A stretch of DNA of 57,437 nucleotides from Planctomycetales bacterium (GTDB lineage Bacteria > Planctomycetota > JAKEIC01). The notes below the pieces were generated by a model, which saw only the letters and a list, made by a program, of their open reading frames with translations, ran no database searches and was not told where the DNA came from. The position numbers and the translations under genes are program-made. The DNA lies in the NCBI GenBank assembly GCA_022614695.1, contig JAKEIC010000077.1:1-57437 (forward strand), in the 5' to 3' direction. This document shows positions 1-7,906 of the stretch, in pieces (position 1 is the first letter of the stretch; each line of letters starts with the position of its first letter).

Positions 1-1
1 G

Positions 2-3000
2 GGCCCCGCGGGCGAGTTCTCCGTGTGGCAGACGCTCGCGGGCGGCCATGCCACCCGGAACCACCTCGCCTTCGACGCCGACGGGGACGGCGACCTCGAC
101 CTCCTCGAGCTGAACTACGGCGAGCAGAACCGGCTGCTCCTGAACAACGGGTCCGGCGAGTTCACCGACGGGACCGACCCCCTCGGCCTCTCGGCGACGG
201 GCATCCCGTCCCGCAGCGACCTTTCCCGCTGCGCGGTCGCCGTGGATGTGGACGGCGACGGGGACCCGGACGTCGTCGTCGGGAACGAGGGCCAGAACCG
301 CCTCTACCGCAACAACGGGGCGGGCGAGTTCACGGACGGGACCGACCTCGCGCAGGTCCTGCCCTTCGGACTCCCCGCGATGGTGGACGACACGCGGGCG
401 CTCGTCGCGCTGGACGTGGACGGCGACGGGGACCGGGACCTGATCGTCGGCAACATCGGCCAGGACCAGCTCCTGCTGAACGACGGCAGCGGCGAGTTCC
501 TGGTGGGGACCGACATCCTCGGCGTCCTCACGACCGGGCTCCCGGCCGCCGCCGACCCGACGACCGGGATCGTGGCGGCCGACCTGGACGGCGACGGCGA
601 CACGGACCTCGCCACCTCGAACGACGCGGGCGCCTCGGCTCGGCTGCTCCTCAACTCGAACGGGGCGGGCGAGTTCGTGGACTCGACGTTCGCCGCGACG
701 ACGGGCCTGCCGTACCGCACCGACCCGAACCGCGCGCTCGTGCTCGGGAACTTGGACGGCTCGCCGGGGACCGACCTGATCCTCGTCGGGCGGGGCCGAG
801 CGCACCTCCTCCTGAACGACGGCTCCGGGTTCTTCCGGGACGCCTCGAGCGACTGGCGGCGCCAGGTGCCGGGCACGGCTCTGGCGCTGCGCGCGCTCTA
901 CGCGGCCTCCGGAACCGCTGTCTTCGCGGTGGGCGACGGGGGGGCGATCCGGTTCAACAACGGCTCGGGCTGGAGCGGCCAATCGTCCGGGACCACCAGC
1001 AACCTCGCGGGGGTCCACGGGACGGGCGCGTCCGACGTCTTCTCCGTGGGGGCGGGGGGCACGATCCTCCACTGGAACGGGAGCACCTGGACGAGCCTCA
1101 CGAGCGGCTCGACGCAGCCGCTCAACGGCGTCTTCGCCGTGACGGGGACGAACATCTACGTCGCCGGGAACCAGGGGACCCTGCTTCGTTCGACGAACGG
1201 GATCACCTGGAGCGCCCTCACGAGCGGGACGACGCAACACCTGCGCGCCGCGTTCGCCGCCTCGGCCACGGACGTCTGGGTGGCCGGCGACGGCGGGACG
1301 ATCCTCTACTCGAGCGACGGGACCACGTTCGCGGCGCAGACGTCCGGGACCACGCGCGCGCTCCGGGCGCTCTGGGGAAGCTCGGCGACCGACGTCACCG
1401 CGGTCGGGGACGGCGGGACGATCCTCCACTGGAACGGCACCTCCTGGGCGATGCAGGCCTCGGGGTCGGGGGCCGACCTCTTCGCGGTCACCGGCACCTC
1501 GAGCACGAGCCTCTGGGCGACCGGCCGCGGCGGCGAGGTGCTCGTCGGCAACGGCACCACCTGGACTCCGGACGACGCGGGCGTGCACGCCGACCTCGTC
1601 GCGGTGGCCGCGCCCTCGGCGACCGACGTCTACGCGGTCGGCCCCTTCGCGACCATCGTCCACGACGACGGGTCCGCCACGACGACCGGGATGCCCGCGG
1701 TGTCGCTCCAGGCGCGCGGGGCCGTGGCCCTCGACACGGACCAGGACTCGGACCTGGACCTCGTCGTCTCGGGCGAGGGGCCGGATAGGGTGTTCGTGAA
1801 CAACGGGACCGCGCTCTTCACCGACGCCACCGGGACGGCCTTCCCCTCCCCGCTCTCCGACCCGAGCTGGGGGCTCGTGGCGGCGAACCTGAACGGCGGG
1901 ACGATCCCCGACCTGGTCGTCGCGAACGACGGCCAGAACCGCCTCTGGATCGGGGCGACGGGCGGGACGTTCTCCGACGGGACCGACGTCGCCGGCTCCC
2001 TCACGACGGGGCTCCCGGTCCACCTCGACGCGCGCGACGCGGCGGTCGGGGACGTGACGGGGGACGGCGTGCCCGACGTGGTCCTCGCGATCTTCGGGGC
2101 GCAGAACCGGCTCTTCGTGCCGGGGCCGGGCGGCCGGTACGTGGACGGCACCTTCGCGGCGACGACGGGGCTCCCGACCGACTCCGACCCGAGCGAGGGG
2201 GCGACGCTCTCGGACGTGGACGCGGACGGAGACCTGGACCTGCTCTTCGCGAACCGCGGGGTGCAGAACCGGCTCTACCTGAACAACGGGTCGGGGCTCT
2301 TCACCGACGCGACCGCCGCGCGGCTGCCGACAGACACCGACCCGACGGTGGACATCGCCTCGGGCGACGTGGACGGCGACCTGGACCGGGACCTGGTGAT
2401 GGGGAACGACGGCGCGCAGTGCCGGCTCTACCTGAACAACGGGTCCGGGGTCTTCACGGACGCCACCGGGACTCGGCTCCCCACCCTGGTCGCCCCGACC
2501 CGGGACGTGGCGCTCGTGGACGTGAACGGGGACGGCGACCGGGACCTCCTCCTCGCGAACGGGGGCATCTGGACCCAGGACACGCAGGCCGTCACGACGA
2601 ACGACCTGCTCGCCGTCTCCTCGGCCGGGGCCTCGGCGGTCTGGGCCGTCGGGCTCTCGGGGACGATCCTCTTCCACAACGGGACCCTGTGGGCCGCCCA
2701 GACGAGCGGGACGACGAACGCCCTGCGGGGCGTCTACGCGGTCTCCACGATTGACGCCTTCGCGGTCGGGGACGGCGGGACGATCCTCAGGTGGAACGGG
2801 ACGTCGTGGAGCGCCATGACGAGCGGCACCACGAACAACCTCCGCGCCGTCTTCGGGTCCGCGGCGAACGACGTCCACGCGGTCGGCGACTCGGGGACCG
2901 TGCTCACGTTCAACGGGACGTCCTGGTCCTCGACGGCCCCGCCGGGGCTCACGACCAATCTGACGGGCGGCTCGAGCGTCTCGGCCCTCTCCGCGCTCGC

Positions 3001-3919
3001 CGTCGGGGCCGGGGGCACGGCTCTCGCCTGGAACGGGCTCTACTGGGCGACGGCGCGTTCGGGCACGGCGACGGCGCTCTCGGCCGCCGCTCCCGTGGTC
3101 CCGACCGACTTCCTGGTCGTCGGCTCGGCCGGCCTGGCGATCCGCGTGGACCCGCTGCTCTGGACGCCGGTCCCCTCCTCGACGACGAACAACCTGAACG
3201 CCGCGGCGGCGACGGGCACGAACGACGTGGTCGCGGTGGGGGACGCCGGGCGGGTCGTGCGGGACGTGGGGTCCGGATTCGCCGTCGAGACGACCCCCGT
3301 CTCGACGAACCTCCTCGGCGTCGTGGCCATCTCGCCGGCGCACGTGGTGGCCGTGGGCGCGGGGGGGGTGGTGATCCGGTGGCGCGGGGTCCAGAACCGG
3401 CTCTGGACGAACAACAGCGCGGGGACGTTCACCGACGGTACGTTCCTGCCGCCGACGGGGTTGCCGGCGGACTTCGACCCCTCGATGGACCTCCACGCGG
3501 GCGACCTCGACTTGGACGGCGACCTGGACCTCCTGTGGGCGAACGCCCGGGCCCAGAACCGGCTCTCGATCAACAACGGGGCGGGCCTCTTCACCGACGG
3601 CACCGACCCCGGGGGGACGCTCCCGAGCGGGCTCCAGCCGGACGCCGACGACAGCCGGGCCATCGTGATCCTCGACGCGAACGGCGGCGCCCTCGACTAC
3701 GTCCTGGGGAACCACAAGCAGCAGAACCGGCTCTACTTCAACGTGAACGGGGCCGGGGAGCTGATGGACCGCACGGACGAGGGCGACTCGCTGCCCTTCG
3801 GGCTCCCCGTGGACCGGGCCGAGACCCGCTCGATCCGGCAGGGGGACCTGAACCTAGACGGGCTCCTCGACCTCGTCTTCGTGAACAACGGCGGGGCGGT
3901 GCTGATGCTGCACCGGTAG
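2..3919 (+). CDS. FG-GAP/VCBS-repeat surface protein with two embedded beta-propeller-like repeat blocks (5' partial, continues upstream of the window)
   Basis: The frame is open to the window edge. Codons from nt 2 read GPAGEFSVWQ, which already matches the repeat consensus, so GTG 23 in the ORF track is probably internal. There are many copies of D-[VL]-D-G-D-G-D-x-D-[LV]-[VL]-x-x-N-x-G-x-Q-N-R-L-[YL]-x-N-N-G-x-G-x-F-T-D. Two blocks (about nt 890-1680 and 2590-3390) hold ~42-aa repeats of the form GGTILHWNGTSW...TSGTxxxL...V. Confidence 0.8.
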   Translation, partial: GPAGEFSVWQTLAGGHATRNHLAFDADGDGDLDLLELNYGEQNRLLLNNGSGEFTDGTDPLGLSATGIPSRSDLSRCAVAVDVDGDGDPDVVVGNEGQNRLYRNNGAGEFTDGTDLAQVLPFGLPAMVDDTRALVALDVDGDGDRDLIVGNIGQDQLLLNDGSGEFLVGTDILGVLTTGLPAAADPTTGIVAADLDGDGDTDLATSNDAGASARLLLNSNGAGEFVDSTFAATTGLPYRTDPNRALVLGNLDGSPGTDLILVGRGRAHLLLNDGSGFFRDASSDWRRQVPGTALALRALYAASGTAVFAVGDGGAIRFNNGSGWSGQSSGTTSNLAGVHGTGASDVFSVGAGGTILHWNGSTWTSLTSGSTQPLNGVFAVTGTNIYVAGNQGTLLRSTNGITWSALTSGTTQHLRAAFAASATDVWVAGDGGTILYSSDGTTFAAQTSGTTRALRALWGSSATDVTAVGDGGTILHWNGTSWAMQASGSGADLFAVTGTSSTSLWATGRGGEVLVGNGTTWTPDDAGVHADLVAVAAPSATDVYAVGPFATIVHDDGSATTTGMPAVSLQARGAVALDTDQDSDLDLVVSGEGPDRVFVNNGTALFTDATGTAFPSPLSDPSWGLVAANLNGGTIPDLVVANDGQNRLWIGATGGTFSDGTDVAGSLTTGLPVHLDARDAAVGDVTGDGVPDVVLAIFGAQNRLFVPGPGGRYVDGTFAATTGLPTDSDPSEGATLSDVDADGDLDLLFANRGVQNRLYLNNGSGLFTDATAARLPTDTDPTVDIASGDVDGDLDRDLVMGNDGAQCRLYLNNGSGVFTDATGTRLPTLVAPTRDVALVDVNGDGDRDLLLANGGIWTQDTQAVTTNDLLAVSSAGASAVWAVGLSGTILFHNGTLWAAQTSGTTNALRGVYAVSTIDAFAVGDGGTILRWNGTSWSAMTSGTTNNLRAVFGSAANDVHAVGDSGTVLTFNGTSWSSTAPPGLTTNLTGGSSVSALSALAVGAGGTALAWNGLYWATARSGTATALSAAAPVVPTDFLVVGSAGLAIRVDPLLWTPVPSSTTNNLNAAAATGTNDVVAVGDAGRVVRDVGSGFAVETTPVSTNLLGVVAISPAHVVAVGAGGVVIRWRGVQNRLWTNNSAGTFTDGTFLPPTGLPADFDPSMDLHAGDLDLDGDLDLLWANARAQNRLSINNGAGLFTDGTDPGGTLPSGLQPDADDSRAIVILDANGGALDYVLGNHKQQNRLYFNVNGAGELMDRTDEGDSLPFGLPVDRAETRSIRQGDLNLDGLLDLVFVNNGGAVLMLHR

Positions 3920-3923
3920 GCGG

Positions 3924-5405
3924 ATGGGGTCGGTGCGCCTCGGCTGGCCCAGCCTCGTCCCCGCGGCGCTCCTCGCGACTCTGCTCGCCCCACCGGGCCC
4001 GGTTCTTGGCCAGGACGCGCCCGCTCCGGACCCCGACGCGGCGCTCCTCTCCGGGTTCGAGGAGAAGCTCGGGAGGGTTCGCGCCTGGGAGGCTCAGAGG
4101 CAGGCGGTGGTCGGGGAAGAGAGGCGCAGCCTCATCGGGCTCGGCCGGGTCGCGCGGCGTCAGTTCTCGCGACTCTGGGAGGGCGAACTGGAGAGGTTCG
4201 CCTCGCCCTTCCTGGATCCCGGGGCGCTGGCCCAGGTGCGGAGGGCGGTGGCCGTCGCGGACGACACGTTCGGGAAGGTCCCGGCCGGCACTTGGACCTC
4301 CGTCTCGGAGGCGTGGAGGAGGGAGTGGGGGCTGCGCTGGGCGACGCTGATCACGGCCGCCCGCGAGTCCAGTCGGCGGGACCTCGAGGCGGTCGCCGCG
4401 CGAGAGGCGCTCCGGCGTGACCCCGAGAACGAGATCGCCCGGATGACGAGGTCGCGGCTGTTCCCGGACTGGCGACGCGAACACGAGTCGAGGGGGCTGG
4501 TCTACGACGACCGCGCAGGATGGGTCCCCCGGGGGGATACGGGGAGGCTCGACGCGGGGCTCCTGCCGTTCCTGGACGGATGGCACCCCGCGGAGAAGGT
4601 CGAGGAGCGCCGCCGCCTCTGGCAGAACGCGTGGGAAGTTCCGTGGTCCTTCTGGAGGATCCGGACGAACCTGCCCGCGCGCGACATCCGCCCCATCGGC
4701 CAGCTCCTCGACATGACCTGGGGCTGGGCGATGGAGAACGTCTCGGGTCACTTCTCCTTGGACGTGCGAGGCGAGGTCCGTGTCCTCGTGTTCGCGAAAC
4801 GCGAGGACTACGACGAGCACGCCCGCGTCTGGCATCGTACCTACGAGAAGTCGCTGAAGAAGGTGGGGGGGTTCTTCTCCCTGGAGGATCGGGCGGCGCA
4901 CGCCCTCTGTGAGGAGGGAGCTCGCGATGACAGGATGCCGCACGTGATCCCACACGAGGCGGCTCACGCGCTCCTGGCGGTCTCGGAGCCACACGGCGGC
5001 CGGTCGGGCGTGGACGCGGGGGCACTCCTCGCCGAGGCGATCGCGATCCACGCGGAGTTCTGCGGCACGGCGCCGCCCGGGTTCGGGGCTCGCCGGCTTC
5101 GGGCCGCCGCTGGCTGGCTCCCCCGCGTGCAGAAGCCGAGGAGCCTCGCGGCACTCCTTGCCGTCCGGAATGCAGACCTGTACGGGTCGTCGGCATCGGA
5201 GTTCTACCCGCAAGGCGCCGCCCTGGCGGGGTTCTTCATGGAGTCGGGAGACCTGCGCCGTCGGGAGGCTTTCCTCGAGTCCTTGCTCGCGATGTACCGC
5301 GGGACGTGGCAGCCACGGCTGCTCCCGAAGCTCCTGGGGCGATCCCCCGAGGAGATGGAAGGCGATTGGTCCGCCTGGCTCGCGGCCGCGAACGGGGGCG
5401 ACTGA
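3924..5405 (+). CDS. Secreted hypothetical protein with a zincin-like HExxH motif (DUF1570 / peptidase-MA-like)
   Basis: N-terminal signal-like segment MGSVRLGWPSLVPAALLATLLAPPGPVLGQ. It also has RVLVFAKREDYDEHARV ... VIPHEAAHALLAV ... LLAEAIAIHAEF, an arrangement resembling DUF1570-type proteins. Assigned from memory of the family, not from a search. Confidence 0.55.
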   Translation: MGSVRLGWPSLVPAALLATLLAPPGPVLGQDAPAPDPDAALLSGFEEKLGRVRAWEAQRQAVVGEERRSLIGLGRVARRQFSRLWEGELERFASPFLDPGALAQVRRAVAVADDTFGKVPAGTWTSVSEAWRREWGLRWATLITAARESSRRDLEAVAAREALRRDPENEIARMTRSRLFPDWRREHESRGLVYDDRAGWVPRGDTGRLDAGLLPFLDGWHPAEKVEERRRLWQNAWEVPWSFWRIRTNLPARDIRPIGQLLDMTWGWAMENVSGHFSLDVRGEVRVLVFAKREDYDEHARVWHRTYEKSLKKVGGFFSLEDRAAHALCEEGARDDRMPHVIPHEAAHALLAVSEPHGGRSGVDAGALLAEAIAIHAEFCGTAPPGFGARRLRAAAGWLPRVQKPRSLAALLAVRNADLYGSSASEFYPQGAALAGFFMESGDLRRREAFLESLLAMYRGTWQPRLLPKLLGRSPEEMEGDWSAWLAAANGGD

Positions 5406-5435
5406 TTCCGGGCGTCGAGCCCTCCCAGGCAAGTA

Positions 5436-7850
5436 GGCCCCTACGAGGTCCTCGGGAAGCTCGGCCGCGGCGGGTTCGCGGTCGTCTACCGGGCGCGACA
5501 CGTCGAGACGGGACGCGAGGTCGCCCTGAAGGTCCTCGACCGTGAGCGCGGCGCGATCGGGCCCGACGCGCTCCTGCGGTTCCGGCGTGAGATCGAGGCG
5601 GCGCGGGCCCTCGACCACCCGGGGATCGTCCGCGTTGTGGACGCGGAATTCGGTTCACGGTTCACCGCTCACAGTGAACTCGTGAACCGTGAACTGCAAT
5701 CTCCCTGGGTCGCGCTCGAACTCGTCGAGGGCGAGGCGCTCTGGTGCGTCCTCCAGCGCGAGGTCCTCCCGTGGCGCCGCGCGGTCGAGATCGCCCGGGA
5801 CCTCGCCGACGCCCTCGCCCACGCCCACGCGCGGGGGATCCTCCACCGGGACGTGAAGCCTGGCAACATCCTCGTCGGCCGCAAGTGGGGCGACCAGGAT
5901 GTTGCCCATGGGGCCCCTAGGAACGCACGAAGCGCATTCCTCACCGACTTCGGCCTCGCCCGGCTCGCCTCGACCGGCTCGCGGCTCACGCGCACCGGCG
6001 AGGCCCTCGGGACGCCTCACTACATGTCTCCCGAGCAGGCCCGGGGAGAGACACGGACTCTCACGCCGGCTACCGACATCTGGTCCGTCGGCGCGGTGCT
6101 CTACGAGATGCTCGCGGGGCGGCCGCCTTTCGAGGCCGATTCCCCCCCCGAGATCCTCGAGAAGGTCGTCCGCTCGGAGCCGATCGCGATCCGCCGCCTG
6201 CGGCCCGACGCTCCCGAGGGCCTCGACCGCGTCGTGAGGGCCTGTCTCGGGAAGCGGCCGCGGGCCCGGTACCGAGATGCGACGGCGCTCCGGGACGACC
6301 TGGACCGGGTCCGGATCGGCGAGCCCCCGCTCGCCCGCCTCCCGCGCTCGCGACTCGTCGTCATGCCGGCGGCCCTCGTCCTCGCGGCCGGCGCGGTCGT
6401 GGCCGTCCTTTCCCTGCGGCCCCTCCGGCCGCTCACTCGGGCCGATGCGACTCCGCCTCGCGGCTCCCCGGCCGGAACGGAGGCCGAGGCCCTCGCCTCG
6501 CGCGCCCGCGACATCCGATCCTCGGACCCCGGTCGGGCCGAGGAGCTCCTGGCGCGCGCCCTCGAGGCGAAGCCGGAGCGGGACGACTGGCGGGTCGAGA
6601 GGGGGCTGTTGCTCTGGACCCTGGGCAGGAACCTGGAAGCGCGGCTGGCCTGGGAACGCGTGCCCGCGCCGAGCCCCGCGCGGCCCGTGGCGCGGCTCTT
6701 CCTGGGCCTGGAGTCGTTCTTCCGACTCGACCGGGAGGGGACGATCCGGGAACTCGAGCCTCTCGCCGGCTCCGGCACCCGTGAGGCGCGTCTCGCGGGG
6801 GCCGCGATCGCGGCCTTGGCAGGTCGCTGGGAGGACGCCCGGCAAGGCCTCCGCGGGGAGGAGGGGTGGGAGGCCGCTCTGATCCGAGCCTCCGTGGAAA
6901 CCTCGGACCCGGGAGGAGACGACTCGCTCGCCGCGCGGGAGTACGGAAGGGCGCTCGACGAGGGGATCCAGTTCTCGTGGGCGTACAGCAATCTCGGACT
7001 CGCGCGCCAGGCCCAAGGCGACCTGGCGGGCGCCATCCGGGACTACGAAACCGCCCTCCGAATCAACCCGCGGAGCGCCGAGGCCTACGCGAATCTCGGC
7101 GACGCTCGCCGGGCCCAGGGCGACCTGACGGCGGCGATCCGGGACCTCAGCGCGGCCCTCGATCTCAACCCACGCCTCGCGCAGGCCTACGGCAATCGAG
7201 GCCTCGTCCGCCAGAAACAAGGCGACCTCGCCGGGGCCATCCGGGATTTCGAGACCGTGATCGAGCTCGACCCGCGGGACGAGAAGGCGTACACACATCG
7301 CGGGCACGCTCGCCGGCTCCTCGGGGACCTCGCCGGCGCCCTCCGCGACTACGACGCCGCCCTGGAGATCAACCCCGGGCTCGCGGAGGTCTACTTCGAC
7401 CGGGGCGCCCTCCGCGAGCTCCAAGGCGATGGGACCGGGGCGGTCCGGGACTTCGACACCGCGATCGAGAAGGACCCGCGGCACGCTCAGGCGTACTATG
7501 GCCGGGGCATCGTGCGACAGGCCCGAGGCGACGTGGTTGGGGCGATCGGGGACTACGACGCCGCGATCGCGATCACCCCGCGATTCGCGGAAGCCCGGAC
7601 CAACCGCGGGATCCTCCGGAAGTCCCAGGGGGACCTGGCGGGAGCCATGCTCGATTTCGAGGCTGCGCTCGAGGCCAACCCCCGGCTCGGGGAGGCGTAC
7701 TTCAGTCGCGGCATCGCGCGCCGCGAGCTCGGCGACCTCGCCGGCGCGATCGCCGACTTCGAGAGGGCCCTGGAAGTCTCCCCGCCGGGGTGGCGCCACC
7801 GCGGGAGCACGGAGAGCCACCTGGCCGCCGCCCGCGCGGCGGGACGTTGA
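5436..7850 (+). CDS. K1: receptor Ser/Thr kinase - TM - juxtamembrane module - TPR array; start codon unresolved
   Basis: Translation from nt 5436 gives GPYEVLGKLGRGGFAVVYRARH..VALKVL (Gly-loop, VAxK), HRDVKPGNILV, DFGLAR and GTPHYMSPEQ. A TM helix LVVMPAALVLAAGAVVAVLSL follows, then about nine 34-aa TPRs (GDLAGAIRDYETALRINP...). No ATG/GTG/TTG lies between the in-frame TGA at 5403-5405 and the Gly-loop. The first canonical start is GTG 5637 (the ORF-track start), which would remove the ATP-binding strands. Confidence 0.75.
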   Translation, partial: GPYEVLGKLGRGGFAVVYRARHVETGREVALKVLDRERGAIGPDALLRFRREIEAARALDHPGIVRVVDAEFGSRFTAHSELVNRELQSPWVALELVEGEALWCVLQREVLPWRRAVEIARDLADALAHAHARGILHRDVKPGNILVGRKWGDQDVAHGAPRNARSAFLTDFGLARLASTGSRLTRTGEALGTPHYMSPEQARGETRTLTPATDIWSVGAVLYEMLAGRPPFEADSPPEILEKVVRSEPIAIRRLRPDAPEGLDRVVRACLGKRPRARYRDATALRDDLDRVRIGEPPLARLPRSRLVVMPAALVLAAGAVVAVLSLRPLRPLTRADATPPRGSPAGTEAEALASRARDIRSSDPGRAEELLARALEAKPERDDWRVERGLLLWTLGRNLEARLAWERVPAPSPARPVARLFLGLESFFRLDREGTIRELEPLAGSGTREARLAGAAIAALAGRWEDARQGLRGEEGWEAALIRASVETSDPGGDDSLAAREYGRALDEGIQFSWAYSNLGLARQAQGDLAGAIRDYETALRINPRSAEAYANLGDARRAQGDLTAAIRDLSAALDLNPRLAQAYGNRGLVRQKQGDLAGAIRDFETVIELDPRDEKAYTHRGHARRLLGDLAGALRDYDAALEINPGLAEVYFDRGALRELQGDGTGAVRDFDTAIEKDPRHAQAYYGRGIVRQARGDVVGAIGDYDAAIAITPRFAEARTNRGILRKSQGDLAGAMLDFEAALEANPRLGEAYFSRGIARRELGDLAGAIADFERALEVSPPGWRHRGSTESHLAAARAAGR
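5650..5697. repeat. In-frame heptad-phased palindrome inside the K1 N-lobe
   Basis: The arms are GTTCACGGTTCAC (5653-5665) and GTGAACCGTGAAC (5682-5694), an exact 13-bp inverted repeat. The inner part is TCAC-A-GTGA. 7-nt phasing: cggttca|cggttca|ccgctca|cagtgaa|ctcgtga|accgtga. It is translated as EFGSRFTAHSELVNRELQS where K6 has only VGDEGTRL. Confidence 0.85.
5862..5941. repeat. Double-hairpin module between the catalytic loop and DFG of K1 (copy 1 of 3)
   Basis: Hairpin 1 is GGCAACATCCTCGTC (5862-5876), a 15-nt loop, then GACCAGGATGTTGCC (5892-5906), with 14 of 15 positions paired. Hairpin 2 is AGGAACGCAC-GAA-GCGCATTCCT (5919-5941), with two A.C mismatches relative to the perfect K6 copy. 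Confidence 0.9.
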
Positions 7851-7875
7851 CCCCTGTGACCGTGCCGGCGAGAAT
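7847..7875 (+). promoter_or_regulatory. Candidate sigma70-type promoter for the IPT/TIG giant gene
   Basis: TTGACC (7847-7852), a 17-nt spacer, then GAGAAT (7870-7875), 32 nt upstream of ATG 7907. The -35 overlaps the K1 stop codon. Motif match only. Confidence 0.35.
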
Positions 7876-7906
7876 CCAGGTCCCGCTCCCGCCGAGGGGG
7901 TTCCGG

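Noticed and set aside
6866-7906. Long 5' extensions of real genes in the ORF track. Examples are 6866 for the IPT gene, 24189 for K3, 25037 for K4, 28710 for K5, 39530 for moeA, 41128 for K6, 33899/34174/35577 for the thiolase/DUF35 genes and 53009 for manA.
   Set aside because: The extensions overlap the preceding well-supported gene in another frame and translate to R/P/G-rich nonsense. Recognisable homology begins at internal starts that abut or overlap the upstream stop codon.
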